Part shown: in pieces, positions 1 to 22,015 of the stretch
Numbering within the stretch: position 1 is the stretch's first letter
Layout: each line of letters begins with the position of its first letter
NCBI GenBank assembly: GCA_045837725.1
Contig: JBEWZL010000227.1
Coordinates: 124,001 to 188,000, forward strand
Source: Vermamoeba vermiformis
Lineage: Eukaryota
Length of the DNA: 64,000 nt
Reading direction: 5' to 3'
Made by a program: the position numbers and the translations under genes
The notes under the pieces: model-generated
Databases searched by the model: none
Seen by the model: the letters and a program-made list of their open reading frames with translations, nothing else
Told to the model about the DNA's origin: nothing

Positions 1-3896
<3,896 letters not shown>

Positions 3897-4545
3897 TTTA
3901 TTTCGTTCGTGTACATAACAATCCAATTATTTTAATAAAGCAAATATTTATTTTATTTTTCTGACGAGAAGTACGACATGATGGAACAGCACAATTATCA
4001 ATACAAATGACAAATACCCGCTAGGGCTGTAAGTAACTCCGACATAGAAAGTAAGGAAAGCACGCAAAGATCAGGATCGTACACAACTTCGTTATCAATA
4101 GATTCTCATTATATTTCATTATAGATAATATTGACGTATTTTTCCTGGTTAAACCAACAATTTTAAGTGTATAACTACAAAGATCTAATGAATTAATTTT
4201 TAAAATTCAACCAGGCCTTACTCAAGCAAATGAATTGCTTCAACGCTCACGAGTAAGCTCGCAATGCTATATAGCATCCGTTATGGATGTTGTTGTGGAT
4301 CTAATCGATTTAAGCGAGTCAACCCAAAAATTGAATCAAATCTGATTGGTTCATTTGCAGAAGATGAAGATATAGAAGTACACATTTTTTTGCGGGACGC
4401 GGAAAACTCGTAATCGGAAAAATGGAAGTCCGTGTGGGCATTTCGCCGGGACGATTTAGTATTAAATTGCAATCTTCAAAAAAGTTCTCCCAAACAATAG
4501 GTTTGTTGAAGCAAGGACCACATTTCGGCGTATTCGAATATCGAG

Positions 4546-9496
<4,951 letters not shown>

Positions 9497-9644
9497 ATAA
9501 ATCAGGTACAAATTAATACTTTTTTATTATCATTCGTTGAAAAATAGCCTTATTTCTTGCATTTTTTTCAATTCAATAATGCTTGAACTCTTATGAACTT
9601 TATTATTATAATATGATACATACAGTTGTAAATTGCCTTTTAAG

Positions 9645-11416
9645 TTACACTGGTGCAAAGATCTTTTGAGTGAGAGGACCACAAGGACCAACACCAGGAT
9701 ATTTTAAATGACTGAAAATTAACTGCCAAATTTCAACAGGGAACAAATTCTTAGCTACATCACTTCTCATAATATTGTGTGCCAAAATGATAGCGTTAGA
9801 TTTCATGTCACCATAATGTTTTCTGTTTCTCTTGATTACATTATTCTCTAAGCCCTTCAATCCAGTTAATTTAGTCAAAGTCCAATTCTTTTCTAAAGCT
9901 GGTAGAACTTGATTAACTTCTGAAATTTCATCAATTTCATTTCCGCACTGCAAGTCCAGCAAAGTGTCATTAAGTGTCAAAAACTTGCTAAAGGAGTCCA
10001 AATCTGTTGAATCAAATCTGAGTGCTGGTAAATCTAATTTTTTAATAGTCTTATTATTAGCCATAAATTCGAACAATTCTTTTCCCATGTGTTCTACCAT
10101 TCCTAATATTACATGCTGCAAATTTGCATTAGCATCAATACCATCCAGTAGTCGCAATAAATTAGCTTCACTGTAAATTGTACTGCCACATAAATGCAAA
10201 TATTTGAGTTTCTTTGCAGATCTGACATAATCTGCAATATAAGCTGGTTGATCTGTCTCCCACGTGACTTCTTCAAAAGTGATTTTTTCCATGACTGTGT
10301 TTTTCTTTAAAGCTGCAAATAGGCGTCTATTATCAGGCAGATTGAAATTGTAAGTGTGCAAATGTAACACTTTCACCAAGTTTTGTTCGATCAGATCCAA
10401 AAATAGTTCAGTTGTTTCAATATTGAATGAAACATAATAAAATGTAAATTCAATAGGGACGTTTCTGTCTTTGATTATTTTGAATAGTCTTTGAATCTTT
10501 TCAAATGAGTTTTCGTCTGTGTGAACGGATCTTAATTCTATCAAATCAACTGTCTTATTAACCGAAAGCATCTCGCATAACTTGGAAAATTTCTCGTCGT
10601 TTTCTACAACCTTGTGGTCCATCGATAAATTTCGGAGTGATTTGTTTTTTCTGAGAATTTTGACAAGCATCAGATCCAGATCTATTGAACAACTGTCAAT
10701 GCCCATATAAAGTTCTTTTATCGCCGAATCAGTTGATAGTACTTCTTCGAATTTACTCCAATCACATCTATCTTCCATTTCGTACATGTATGAGAAGTTT
10801 AAAGTTGTTACGGATTTGCTTTGTTGAAATATTGGAATAATACAATCGTCAATTGCTTCTTTGCTTGCAGAATCTCCCATAATAATTACGGATGATAGCG
10901 ATCGATTTTCTATGACAGCTTTGCCGATGTGCTTTAACACATCCGGATTTCGGTCGCCGTAAAGCTCAACCTTTAACGTCTTTAGTGTTTTGGTTTGTTT
11001 GATAGCTTCCAATAACCCATATATATTCTCGAGTTTAGTTCTATCTGATATTACAATACACAACGTTCTAATTTGCGGGATCGAGCGAATAAGTTTTGCT
11101 GAAAGATCGGATGTGGGTTCGTCCAACAAGTTTCTCTCCGTTAGTGTTAAATCTTCAAAATTCATCCAATCGACCAATGCGTTATATACATAGTTCGTCC
11201 AGCGTTCAGGAATTGCAGGAGGGAATAAGAAGGTAGATCCAGACACGAAGGTGAAATTTTTTGGTTCTGAATGCGTTACCAAATACTCAATATCCCTGAC
11301 TTCAATATTCTCCTATTATTTCAGAATTAATACGATTTTTTTAACCTTTAGCAATTTATTTTCAATTTATTTCGATTTAATTTTTTGTACGTTGGTAGAT
11401 CACGACTTACCGTCAT
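9645..11416 (-). CDS. RNI-like leucine-rich-repeat protein with C-terminal F-box-like motif
   Basis: 545-aa ORF with repeated LxxNxxLxxLxL units; tail IILAHNIMRS..LFPVEIWQLIFSHLKYP. Probable ATG-ACG micro-exon at 11411-11416 followed by a GTAAGT donor. Confidence 0.8.
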
Positions 11417-11619
11417 TGATTTTACTATATTATAAGTCCTTAGTAAAAAATATTAATATAATGTTGATGCGCGTCTGTTGTTGAATGATTGCAAAGTGAG
11501 CGTTGAGTAAAAAAGTCTTTTTTCAATTTATTTTTATCAGCGACCTCAACCGACCAGATGTGGCATTAAAAATAGCCGATTATTGACAGATTATATATCA
11601 ATTCAACAATATCGAGGTC

Positions 11620-11823
11620 TGAATAGAAGGTTGTAACGAGCTTCAATGGCGGATTAGCAATCTTCCGTAAGAAATTTCGTTAGAAATATTCAACGCATTG
11701 CGTCCAAAAGATATTGTAATATTACAAGTAGTAAGCAAACAATGGAAGCAATTTTTACGAAGCGAAGAGATCTGGAACAAAAAATGTTTTCCGTATTGCC
11801 AAATTATCATTCCTATGGCTTCA
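11620..11823 (+). pseudogene. F-box domain remnant with in-frame stop
   Basis: Reads ISNLP*EISLEIFNALRPKDIVILQVVSKQWKQFLRSEEIW, a full F-box pattern with TAA at 11668-11670; ends at a GTAAG donor. Confidence 0.65.
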
Positions 11824-11919
11824 GTAAGCTTACTTTAATTATCTATCGCTCTAAATAATATTTTTGAATTTTTTGGTAACCAAGGTCATTTTAAGTTTTT
11901 TTTATTGCGCGGCGTTTAT

Positions 11920-12010
11920 TTTATTGACTCGCTTGATCATCTGAAGAAATTACTAATAGGCGCTAAATCTACCGTCTACACGACCATACTCCAGCTATTA
12001 AGTGCATAGT
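11920..12010 (+). mobile_element. Possible degenerate Ty3/gypsy RNase H fragment
   Basis: IDSLDHLKKLLIGAKSTVYT/DHTPAIKC with a 1-nt frameshift resembles the retroelement RNase H segment AL..FR.YL.G..FTVYTDH.PL; short and isolated. Confidence 0.35.
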
Positions 12011-13172
12011 AAGCCCTTTACACCATAAACGATGCTTTTCATAATCCTCGTCGACTTTGTCAAGCGGGAAGAATTGCAAACAGGAAAGCGATTGCGACAG
12101 CAACGTGTGCGATAACTTTGTTTGCATTGTAAGTCTTCAAAATACTATAGATACTTTTGGATATGATCACTGTTGAACTTACATCCTTTGTATTGACAGA
12201 GAAAAGTCCAAGTGCTGGTACCCAACGCCCGGCTCCAATTCGACACCTTTTGGCAAGCCTGGGGGCGGTGGAACGAACGAAGTTTATGTACCCGATAGTA
12301 GGTGTGATGAAAGTCACGTACTGAGGAAGTTTATCCCTCCGCACGATGAACTGCAGCTCATTAGTTCCCGTCTCATATTCGTGAGTACCTACCTAGTGCC
12401 GTAAGTGCTCGCAAAATATAATTAGTTTTATGACCATGAATATGGATCGAATAAAAAAAATTACATAAAATTCAGTTTTGTAGCGCTGATGACTTGTTCG
12501 TTCGACTTGAAAACTCCGTCGACTAGTCCAGGATCCTTAGAAATGAATTTTTACTGGCAAATCGTGCACATTTTCAGCCACCGTTAACTTTTCCAAAGCA
12601 ATATCTCGTCGTTGCCTTCTGCTGTCGTTTTGCTGCATCGGCATCTTAGTGAACTCACAGATCTTAGTATCCTTAATTCATCAAGCTTCGAGTAGCTGTA
12701 ACTGTACGCGAGCTTTACCTTTGACGGGAAGTTGAACGGTTAACGTTGACGAGGATGGCATCTCAACGCTCCATCTGAGTCAAGATGCTTGTACAATTGT
12801 ACTAACGAGAGTCGCGACAAATAGCAAATATGACCAGATAAGCTGAAAATAGACACTTCTACTAAGCGTTGCGTAGTTCACGGAAGATCGTGGATCTGAT
12901 CCGGACCGGATTTGGTCTGAACCTTCACAACGTCGCGCTTGGTAGCACATCGGATTATTTTCTTGGTCTCAGTGTTGGTAAATTTTGTTTGCGTACATTT
13001 CTCAGAACGCCACAAGATTCCGGCTGTTACGAAATTTGGAAAAATATCTCACATTTTTCGAATTTTTTTCGGCCTCATTGTACAGCCTCGAAAATATTTA
13101 AGGCTACGTACAATGTAGACCGTTTATTCAACAAACAAACTAACAACCACTCAATACCTTCATCAACTAACA

Positions 13173-13716
13173 ATGTCTCTTGCTTTACGTAAAGCTGTCG
13201 CCGATTGCGAAGCCGGCAACGGATTGGCAAACTTCAACAAAGAGTTGAAGGCAATTAGCCCCAAGATGGTCGGCACCCTTGATTTCGACTCCATTAAGGC
13301 TTTGACTGTAAGTACAACACTCGATCCAACTTTCAAAAACAAATTCTTAGAACTATTTTTACGAACAGGGCAAGATCAACTGGACTACCAAAGAAGAAGT
13401 CGACGCTCCTATTGCCGTCTTGAAGTACTTCACTAAGACTATCAACTGCATCACAGTCGTCTCAAAGGCCCTTGCGAAGGTGGCTTCGAATCCTATCGGC
13501 AAGGAAGTCGTTCAAGAAGAGATCGAGAAGGTCATCGTCCACGTGGCCCAAGACGACACGAAAACTGCCGCTTTTGCTTGCGCCTACAAGGTTGAGAAGA
13601 ACGGCAAAGAGCTCCACGTGACCCTTGGTCGTGACTGGCCCTCGCAAGCTAAAGACAGCAACAGCTCTTCCCCTGGAGAAGGTGACTTGGCTAAAATCAT
13701 TGAAGCTATGTTGTAA
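13173..13716 (+). CDS. Small hypothetical protein (~160 aa, one intron ~13308-13368)
   Basis: MSLALRKAVAD...KALT|GKINWTTKEE...KIIEAML*; splicing joins the two ORFs in frame; strong preferred-codon bias (AAG, GCT/GCC, GTC). Confidence 0.8.
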
Positions 13717-14282
13717 ACAGCGAGTTACACGTGAACTGCCTTCTAAATTCTTTCGGCAGATCAGAAATCTCCGCAGAAAATAAATTGTTTTAGCTCAAAA
13801 AACGCGTGCACGAATCTGATTGACATTGGAATGATCATATCCTACTCTAAAGCGAATATTATTAGGTTATATGCAGCTTGGGAAGATTCGTTTTCGGCAT
13901 TTTTGGATTTCAACAATTTCTTGATAGTCGATTTATCAATGTATTAGATAATCCGACAAACTGCACGTGTAATAATTTCTTTACTTAAGCTAACTATTAC
14001 TCCGATCCAGGCAACTTTAGATCTTAAAGTCAAACAAAGTCAATGAGAGAACCGGCGTATTACACAACAGTTGTGAACGCAAAAACGAAAGCTATACTAC
14101 TGAACTTATCGTTAGCTCTACTTGTATCAATTGCGAGCTCCGCAGCATTAACTTAGGGCAACTTGCTTAGCAAAAACCTTAATAATTATGAAGATCTAGC
14201 AACAGGTAATATGATAAATCTCGTATTTTACATGATATAAAAGTATAGTAATTACAATGGTGGGTTTTGTTCGCTCGTAAAC

Positions 14283-17200
14283 TTAATTATAAGCGATGTT
14301 TTCTTTGTTCGCGGACTGCATCTGAAGTTTTTGTTTGACTTTCTTATCGTGAGCTGCTTGTAATTTACCCTTAAGGTCTCTATATTTCTTCTCCATAATT
14401 TCAGCCTTCTTTTCCCAGCCGCTTCGTTCTCGCTCCAGCAGATCGAACTTTTCGCGTAACGAAGATAACTCTTTGAGCTCTTGCTCTTGCATATTGAACG
14501 CTTCCAAATTAGTATCGACCTTGCCCTTCAAGAATTCGACCTCTTCTTCGAGCTCCTTCTGTTTCGTAACGTACTCTTCTTGCAAGATCTGCGCAACTTT
14601 CTGTTTTTCTTCGAGGGCAGTTGCGAGCAAGGAGTTCAACTCTTCTTTCTCTTTCTCGAGCAAGACTAATTGATCGGCAAGCTACGCAATTAATTAGTCG
14701 ATAAATTCTTCGAAAAAATTAATGAATTTGTACGTACTGCTTTGAATTGCTCTTGAACAGACTTGTTCTCTTCGTCTTTCTTAACAAGGGTAGCCTCGCA
14801 TTCAGCAACGATGCTCTGCATCTCGTTTTCGACACGAGAACGCTCGTTATTGTATTCTTGTTCCATACGAGCCTTCTCTTCGTCAGCGGATCGACGAACA
14901 TTCTCGATCTGTTCGTCCTTTTGCGAGATTTGGGCTTGCAAGTCCTTAACGAGCGCTTCGAAGTGGACGCGTTGCTCGTCATAGGCCTTTTCGACGATCT
15001 CACGCTTCTGCATCAATTCCTCAACGCGCTACAAACAGATCCGAGTCAGTACAAATCTCAAGCTACATTGAAATTGAATATTTGTAATAGTTAAAATTCA
15101 TATTCAGCCGAAAGATGGTTTGTTTAGCTTTCATAGAATTCAAGCTAAGGAAATGCTGCATCATTTTGAACTTAAATATTTGTGCATTGCAGTAATACTA
15201 ATTAGTACTAGTCTAATTACCTTATCGCGTTCTTGCTTGGCTCTCTCGCGGTCCTTCAATTGCTTGATGAGATCGGACTTCTCAGACTCAATCTTCTCGA
15301 TCTTTTCTTCGCACGAAGCTTTGGTCTCGTCAATTTCAAGAGAAACATTAATGAGTTGGTTGCTCAGTGCTTCTCTTTCATCAACAAGAGCCTTGAGCTT
15401 GTTCTTCAAGTCGGAGATTTCGCCTTCGCTTTGTTCCAAGCGGATCGAAGTTTGGTCGAGTTTGGATCTGAGTTGTTCAAGCTCGCTGACCTTCTCCTCC
15501 AATAGCTTGACATTAGCAAGCATTTGAGCACTTTCTTCTTGCAATTGAGTATGTTGAGCACTCAATTCATCAAGTCTGGCTTCGAGAATGTTCTTGGACT
15601 CCAAGAGTTGCAACGAATCGGCATTAATTTCTTCGAATTGACGCTCTTTTTCTTCGAGCATCGACTTGAGCTGATTAATAATAGCATCACGTTGCGACAA
15701 ATCTTCGCTCAAAGCACCAACGCGAGAGTCGCCGTCAAGCTTCGCTTCGATGACCTTTTGGAAGTTGTCCTTCATGCCGTCCAACTCCTTCTTAGTCGAG
15801 TCAAAGGTCTTCTGCAAGCCATCAAGTTGAGTCTTGGTCTTTTCGAGCGACTTGGTGAGTTGTTCGTTCTGCTTCTCAAATTCTTTCATTTGAGCGGTCA
15901 ACTCCTTGTTACGTTGCTCGTAGGCCTTGTTGCTGGTCTTCAATTTCTCATTCTAAATAATATTATGTCAATAAATACGTTTTTAATTAATTGTTTTGTG
16001 CTCGATCTAGATCTGGCCGAAAACGTACCTCTTTCTCAAGAACGCCATGGCCGCTCTTCGAAGACTTGAATTCGCGTTCAAGTGAAGCTTTCTCGGCGAT
16101 CAAAGCGGTATTTTCGGCATTAGAGCTCTTCAATTTGCCTTCCAACTGCTGCACCTTCTCCTTCAACTTCTCGATGTCTTTAGCCTTCGAATTTTGTTCC
16201 TTCTCAGCTGAGGTCTGAGTTTGAGTGGCTTGTTTCAACTAAAAGATAAGGTATTAGTAATTTGTAACGAAAAGTCGATTTTAAATCCGGATGCGGGACT
16301 TACCTCTTTCTTCAGCTGCTTCTCAGAATCGCGCAACTTGTTCAACTCTTCCTTAGTAGAGTTAAATTCTGATTGCCACTTAGTCTTGGCAGCCTCAGCT
16401 TCGGATCTCTCGAGCTGCAACTCTTTCTGAGCAGTAGAAAGGCTCTTCTCGGTGTCCTTCAACAAACCAGAAGTCTGCTTTAATTGACTGCGAAGTTGTG
16501 ACATTTCATTAGTCATTTCAACAATCGTAGTACGAGCATTGTTCAAGTCGTTAACGTTAATGTTGTACTGCTCGATCTGTTGTTGCAAAGTGTGCTCGAG
16601 AGTCATCTTATCAGATGCAAGCTAATAAGAAGTATAATTAATACGATATTACGCAGAAATAACCCAATTTTTTCAGTCTTACTTGTTGGATCTGGGCATT
16701 AACAGAGTCAACACCGGCAGAATAAGCCGTAATGGCCATATCAAGCTCATTCTTCTCTTTTTCAACTCTACGCAACTCAGCTTCGACATTTTCAGCGCGT
16801 TCAGTCTCGTCCTTCAATCTGCTCTGCAAGTTTGAGATCTCGCGTCGCAGATCAGACACTTCCAATTGTGATTTTTGGCCCTAAAAAAAGCACCGTGTAA
16901 ACAACTCTGCTATAGATATCGAATTGATTGACTTACGTTTTCTTCTTGGTCCATCAATTGGTCTTCGACTTGCTTCAATCTAGATCTCAATTTGCTGTGC
17001 ATTGAGTCCAATTCCTAATTTATAACGAACATTAGAAAACAGGTTTATATGAGTATTATATAATTTCTGAATATTAAAAGTTTCAGGAACTCGTTGTATC
17101 ATAATAACAGAACAATTTAGAATTGCAAGCATTCAATAGCATGGGATAAATGATTCATCATGAACTTTAGATCTGCCGTTGTAGCGCTGCAAAAAAAATG

Positions 17201-20200
17201 AGAATTGAAAACTTACTTGATATCGAGTCTCAGCGTCCTTGTACTTGTTGTTAATGGCCATAATGGAGTTATCCATATCGCGCATTCTGTTCTTCATCTC
17301 GTTGATTTGCTTGTTCAACGCTTCGTTCTCGTTTTCAACGTCGACCAATCGGCTCGCAGCGCCTCTCAAACGAGTGATGTCGCCTTCAAGCTCGGACTTT
17401 TCAAGCATGTACTTGCGCTTGTTGTCCTCAATAACGAACTCCAAGTGCTTCAAGCGAGTGTTCTCAGCACGCAATTGCTCCAACTTCTCGTTCAAGCTGG
17501 AAGCTTCAACGGACTGTTGTTCCATCGAGTAAGCACGTGACTCGAGTCTCTTGCGCTCTTCTTGCTCTTCCTTCAATTGACGCAACAACTTCTCCTTCTC
17601 TTGAACAGCGAGATCGAGGCTCTGTTGCAATTGATTGACGCGTTTTCTGTTGGCTTGCTCATCGCTCTCGGTCTTGCCAAGGAGCGCCTTTTGAGTGTTT
17701 TGGTCTTTCTCCAAGTTCTCCAACAAAGCACGCATGTCACTTGCGTCGCGCTTAGCGTGTTCAGCTTGTTGTTGAGCAGTGGCTAAGTCAGTAGTCAAGA
17801 CGGTTATTTGAGCATTAAGAGTTGCAACAGATGACTCGAGCGAAGTAATAGTCTCTTTGTGCTTGTTAACTTGAGTCTGGAACTCAGCACGAGTGTCGTT
17901 CAATTGCTTCTCGAGCTGTTCTTTCTTGTGTTGCAGATCCATGGTAATGTTGTCCTTAGATAAGAGATCGTGTTGACGCTTCTTTTCTTCGACTTCATAG
18001 GCTTGCAAACGGTTAACTAAGTCAGCCAACTCTAGCTTCTTAAGCGACAATTCGGTCTTCAAGTCATTAATGACGGTACTGTTACGGGCGGATTCAGCTA
18101 CAAAAAAAAATTAATAAAAGAGTAATAAAAAAAATATATAGCAATAATCTATTATTCATAACAAAGCATTTCGCATTGATAGGAAGGTAAAAAAGCAAAA
18201 AAGATAAGAGCACAACACCTCCGATTCCCAGGTAGTCTCCTACCCCAGTACTAAGAAGGCCTGAACAAGCTTAACTTCGCTGATCGGACGGGAAGCGGTG
18301 CATTCTTGTTAGTGTGGTCGTGCCCGAGAACAAAGTCAATTTGATACCCAGGTCGCTCCTTACTAACCAAAAATACTTCCACCATCCACATCACACATCC
18401 GCATCCGCGTTTAATTTAGGAAAACGTTGAAAAAGAATACGTACCTTGGGATTTAATTTCATTCAGCTCATCGGTCAATTTCTTAATCATAGTTTGGGCA
18501 GCATCGGTCTCTTGGATCTTGGCTTGGTAGTTAGAAGTCATTTCTTGCAATGAAGCGGATAACTCGCGAGACAAAGCGGCCTAATTGAATACTGTTAACA
18601 TCTATCGAGCCAAACCATAAATGAAGCTGCTTACGCGATCATCGAGTTGCTTCTTCATGTTGGAGATCTTTTGTTCGCACTCGATCTTCAACTTGTCGTT
18701 AGCTTCACGAAGGATTTCAATCTCAGCAGATTGATTTGTCGATTGCTTAAGCTCTTCAAGTTCCATCTTCAAGCTCTCCTTTTCTGTAAGACAAAGGTTA
18801 AAATTGGTTCATTTAATAAAAGAAAAGATCCGCCACGTACCAGTAATAGCTTGGGTGTATTCCTCGAGCATTGATTGATCGAACTGGCCTGCCTTGGATT
18901 TAGCTTGGAGCTCGTCAGTCAATTTCGCGTTCTCTTCTTGCAAGTTCTTGACCTTGGACTGGCTCAACGACAGATTCGCTTTGACCATCTCCAATTCTTT
19001 CTTGACTTGCAAGGACTCTTCTTCGCGTTGAGCAAGTTGGAAGTTAAACTCACGAGACTGCTCGTCGCATTGAGTGCGCAAAGCGTTGTTCTCGTTTTGT
19101 AAAGCATCAAACTGTTGCTCGAGATCTGCGTATTGGCCTTGAAGTTCTTGCAGACGTTCTTCAGTCAAAGCGCTTTCTTCAGCCAACTTCGCTTCGATCT
19201 CCTCGTGGATCTCTTCAGCCTCCTTAATTTGAGCCTTCAAAACTTCAATTTCTTGGGCTTGAGAGTCGATAGTAGCTTGCATGTTCTTCATGCGGCCTTG
19301 AGCTTCCAACTCAGCGCTGCGGTCGTTAGCCAACAGCTCCTTAATTTCTTCAGCGGCCTTCATTTGTTGCTTCAAAGTAGCGCAGTCGTCTTCTAACTTT
19401 TTGATCTGTTGCGAATCCTCGCCGATCTGCTTTTTATACTCTTCTTCGCGTTGCTCGTATGAAGCCAACTGATTAATATATTAATAAATTGAAAATAACA
19501 CGAACTTAACGATAATACCTTTTCTTTGAGGTCATCAACCTCAGCTGCGGATCCTTGAGCGAGTTCACCTTGAGCCTCTTCGAGCAATCGTTGAGTCTCA
19601 ATTAAATTACGCTCCTTGTTTCTGAACTGAGCAATCACGCCTTCCAATTCAGTCAACAAGCTAGCCTTCTCGTTTTCGAGACTCTCGATCTGTTCGCGCA
19701 TCTGAGTGAGATGCTCGTCATCTAAATAATCAATTAGATATGACTTAAATTGCCTTAAAAGACTATAGTACTTACGAGCTGGCTCCTGGTTAATACGGCT
19801 GCGTTTCTTTGAAGCACGGGGTTCATCCGCATCCAAAGCAAGAGGACTCAAAGGACCGCCAGTAGCGTAGTTATCAACGACCATATCCATGTTGTCGAAG
19901 TCAAGACCACCGTCAGTGATGAGGGTAGGGCTCAACAAGCCACGAGGCATAGTGCTAGTGGGAGCCCAAGTCTGACGTCTGTTCTTGGCTTGCTTGCTGT
20001 CTCTGCTGCTGGAGACAATGTAGTGGGTAAGCTTCTCGAGCTTATCGTGCAAGCGTTGCTTTTCTTCTTCGGTCTAAATGAAGTTCATTAGGATCCGTTA
20101 CGTTCAATAAATAAACGCATCTGTGTCGACTTACTCTTTGTTTTTCATCTCGCAGCAATTCAAGCTCCTTCATGGTGCTATCGGAGATGGCGGTAGTAAC

Positions 20201-21886
20201 AAGAGGAGCGACAACAGGCTCGATGGCGATGTTGCCTTGGCTCATCTTTTGTAACTGCTGCTTAAGTTGGTGGATCTCCTTAGCGTAACGTTGGAGCATA
20301 GTCTCATTATCTAAGACCTCATTGACTGTAGGCTTGTTCTTAATAGTCTTGGCACGACTGGCGAATTTCAAGGTGCTAAGCGACTCTTCTTGGTGAATGA
20401 AAGAAGGAGTAATAGTACAAATAATGGCCGTCAAGTTGTTGCCTCCCAAAGCAGGCTGGAGAATTCTCGTCAACTTGCTATCACGATAAGGGATATGTGC
20501 GCGACTATAGATAAGGATTAGTTTTTATTCTTCTAACTTCGCATCCGGATTTACTTACCCTTCTTGACCTTCGCTCAACTTGGCAATGACGGTACCAAGT
20601 GTCAGAAGACTCTTGTTGATATGGCCTCCTTCCTTTAAACGGACGCCTTCAGCACCGGTATGAGCAGTGCGCTCAGATCCTGCCAAGTCGACCAAGTTCA
20701 AAGAAGAGACTTTAACGGCGCCACCTTCGAATGACTTCTTGGTGCCACGAGCCAAAGCAGACTCTTTTTCCTTATGCTTCTTTTCTCTGCTTTCAATCAC
20801 CTATCACTACATTAGCTCAAATTTTAAGATCGAGATCTCGGTACGTACCATTCTGAAGATTGTGTGAGATCTGCTGGATCGCTCATTCATGTTAGTCTTG
20901 CCGACGTGACGACGAGCTGCAAAATTGGTTAATAATAATAGAATAATACCTCATTTACTAAGTTGAGTTTCAAAAGTGATTTCAGGAACTCGTTGTATCA
21001 TTAGAAACAATACTAGTATTGAGTATTCAATAGCATGGGATAAAATTGCTCATCATTAACTTTTATAAATGTAATTTAGCGCAAACAAAGCGTTACGTAC
21101 CTTCACCAGCTTGCATAAGAGCAAACACTTGCTCGGGACGAGTAACTATCTCCTCTTTCAAGCCACCAACGAAAATACCGCGCTATAATATTATCAGTAT
21201 ATAATCCTTTATAACAATGAATAGAAAGACTTACTTGGATGTCTTCGTGGATTTTCAAGTTGTCGCCATCTGCTGAAAGAAGGTCCTTGATAACTTCGTT
21301 GTAAATTTCAATGTATGAAACACGAAGAAGGAACTCGCGATCAGGTGTCTATTGTTTTAATTGTTAATATGGAGCCAAGATAACGAGGCCAAAATCAACT
21401 TACAGATTCAATCTGCGAAAAGATATCACGAACGGAAAGAGGGATAATACCCGGCATATCTCTGCTGCCGTGCATAGTATGAGTTTTACCGGAGGCAGTC
21501 TGTCCATAAGCAAAAATGGTGCCTTTTATAATTTGATTAATTTTCGAATCTGAGGATGCTGTATCGACTTACCATTAAAGCCATCCATGGCTGAGGTGAT
21601 AATATTTTTTGCCACATATTGATAGAGCTCTGGAGTTGCCTCGTTTTCGCAAAATACACGATCTGCGTTTCAGAAAAATTAATTCAGAATAGACAAAATT
21701 ACTTGCGTTGAATATTAAGGACTTACCGAAGGTGTATTTGATTGACGGATTAATTTTCTTAGTTTCAGGATGGTAGTAAGTTACACTGCTAGCATCCGTC
21801 TGCCATCCAATACCATAGTCAAGATTTTGTTCTCTTGAGTTCAATGGCCGAACACGAACCACGACTTTAATATTATCGAAGCTCAT
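14283..21886 (-). CDS. Kinesin-7/CENP-E-like motor with very long coiled coil
   Basis: [58 protein letters not shown]; post-motor RRQTW (compare CENP-E RRVTW); long heptad exons; C-terminal KEN box (NKENIAYN*). Confidence 0.9.
15104..15164 (-). ncRNA. Box C/D snoRNA, family A copy 1 (snR39/snR59, SNORD32/51-like), in kinesin intron
   Basis: ATGATGC...TTGA...ATGAAAG...ACCATCTTTCGG-CTGA. The guide is antisense to conserved LSU rRNA CCGAAAGAUGGU; the D+5 rule gives the A equivalent to yeast Am807. Confidence 0.85.
17083..17161 (-). ncRNA. Box C/D snoRNA, family B copy 1, in kinesin intron
   Basis: ATGATGA, D' guide TTATCCCATGCTA-TTGA (antisense to SSU UAGCAUGGGAUAA, yeast ~795-807 region), C'-like ATGATA, CAACGAGTTC-CTGA; terminal stem AAAGTT/AACTTT. 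Confidence 0.85.
18206..18325 (-). rRNA. 5S rRNA gene inside a kinesin intron
   Basis: GGGCACGACCACAC...CCCGTCCGATC...GAAGTTAAGC...TTAGTACT...GGGAA...GTTGTGCTCTT, ~120 nt; 9-bp terminal helix; oligo-T tracts downstream. Confidence 0.95.
20982..21056 (-). ncRNA. Box C/D snoRNA, family B copy 2, in kinesin intron
   Basis: Boxes and both guide segments identical to 17083-17161, spacers diverged; terminal stem AAAAGT/ACTTTT. Confidence 0.85.
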
Positions 21887-21964
21887 GTTGCAAGGATAAG
21901 CTGTGGTGGCCTTCTTTTGGAACGAGATAAACGTTGAAAAGATTTAAATTTTTAATTTGTGAAA

Positions 21965-22015
21965 AAAGCGCGGGCAAAAGTTGGCGCGTTTGGCGCGAAC
22001 GAAACATTTTGGCGT
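21965..22015. promoter_or_regulatory. Tandem E2F-like sites upstream of the kinesin gene
   Basis: TTGGCGCG-TTTGGCGCG at 21981-21997 plus TTTTGGCG nearby, ~100 bp upstream of the kinesin ATG; matches TTTSSCGC. Confidence 0.5.

Noticed and set aside
11668-11670. In-frame TAA as evidence for a reassigned genetic code
   Set aside because: Most intact genes here end in TAA and long exons lack internal TAA; a pseudogene is the simpler explanation.
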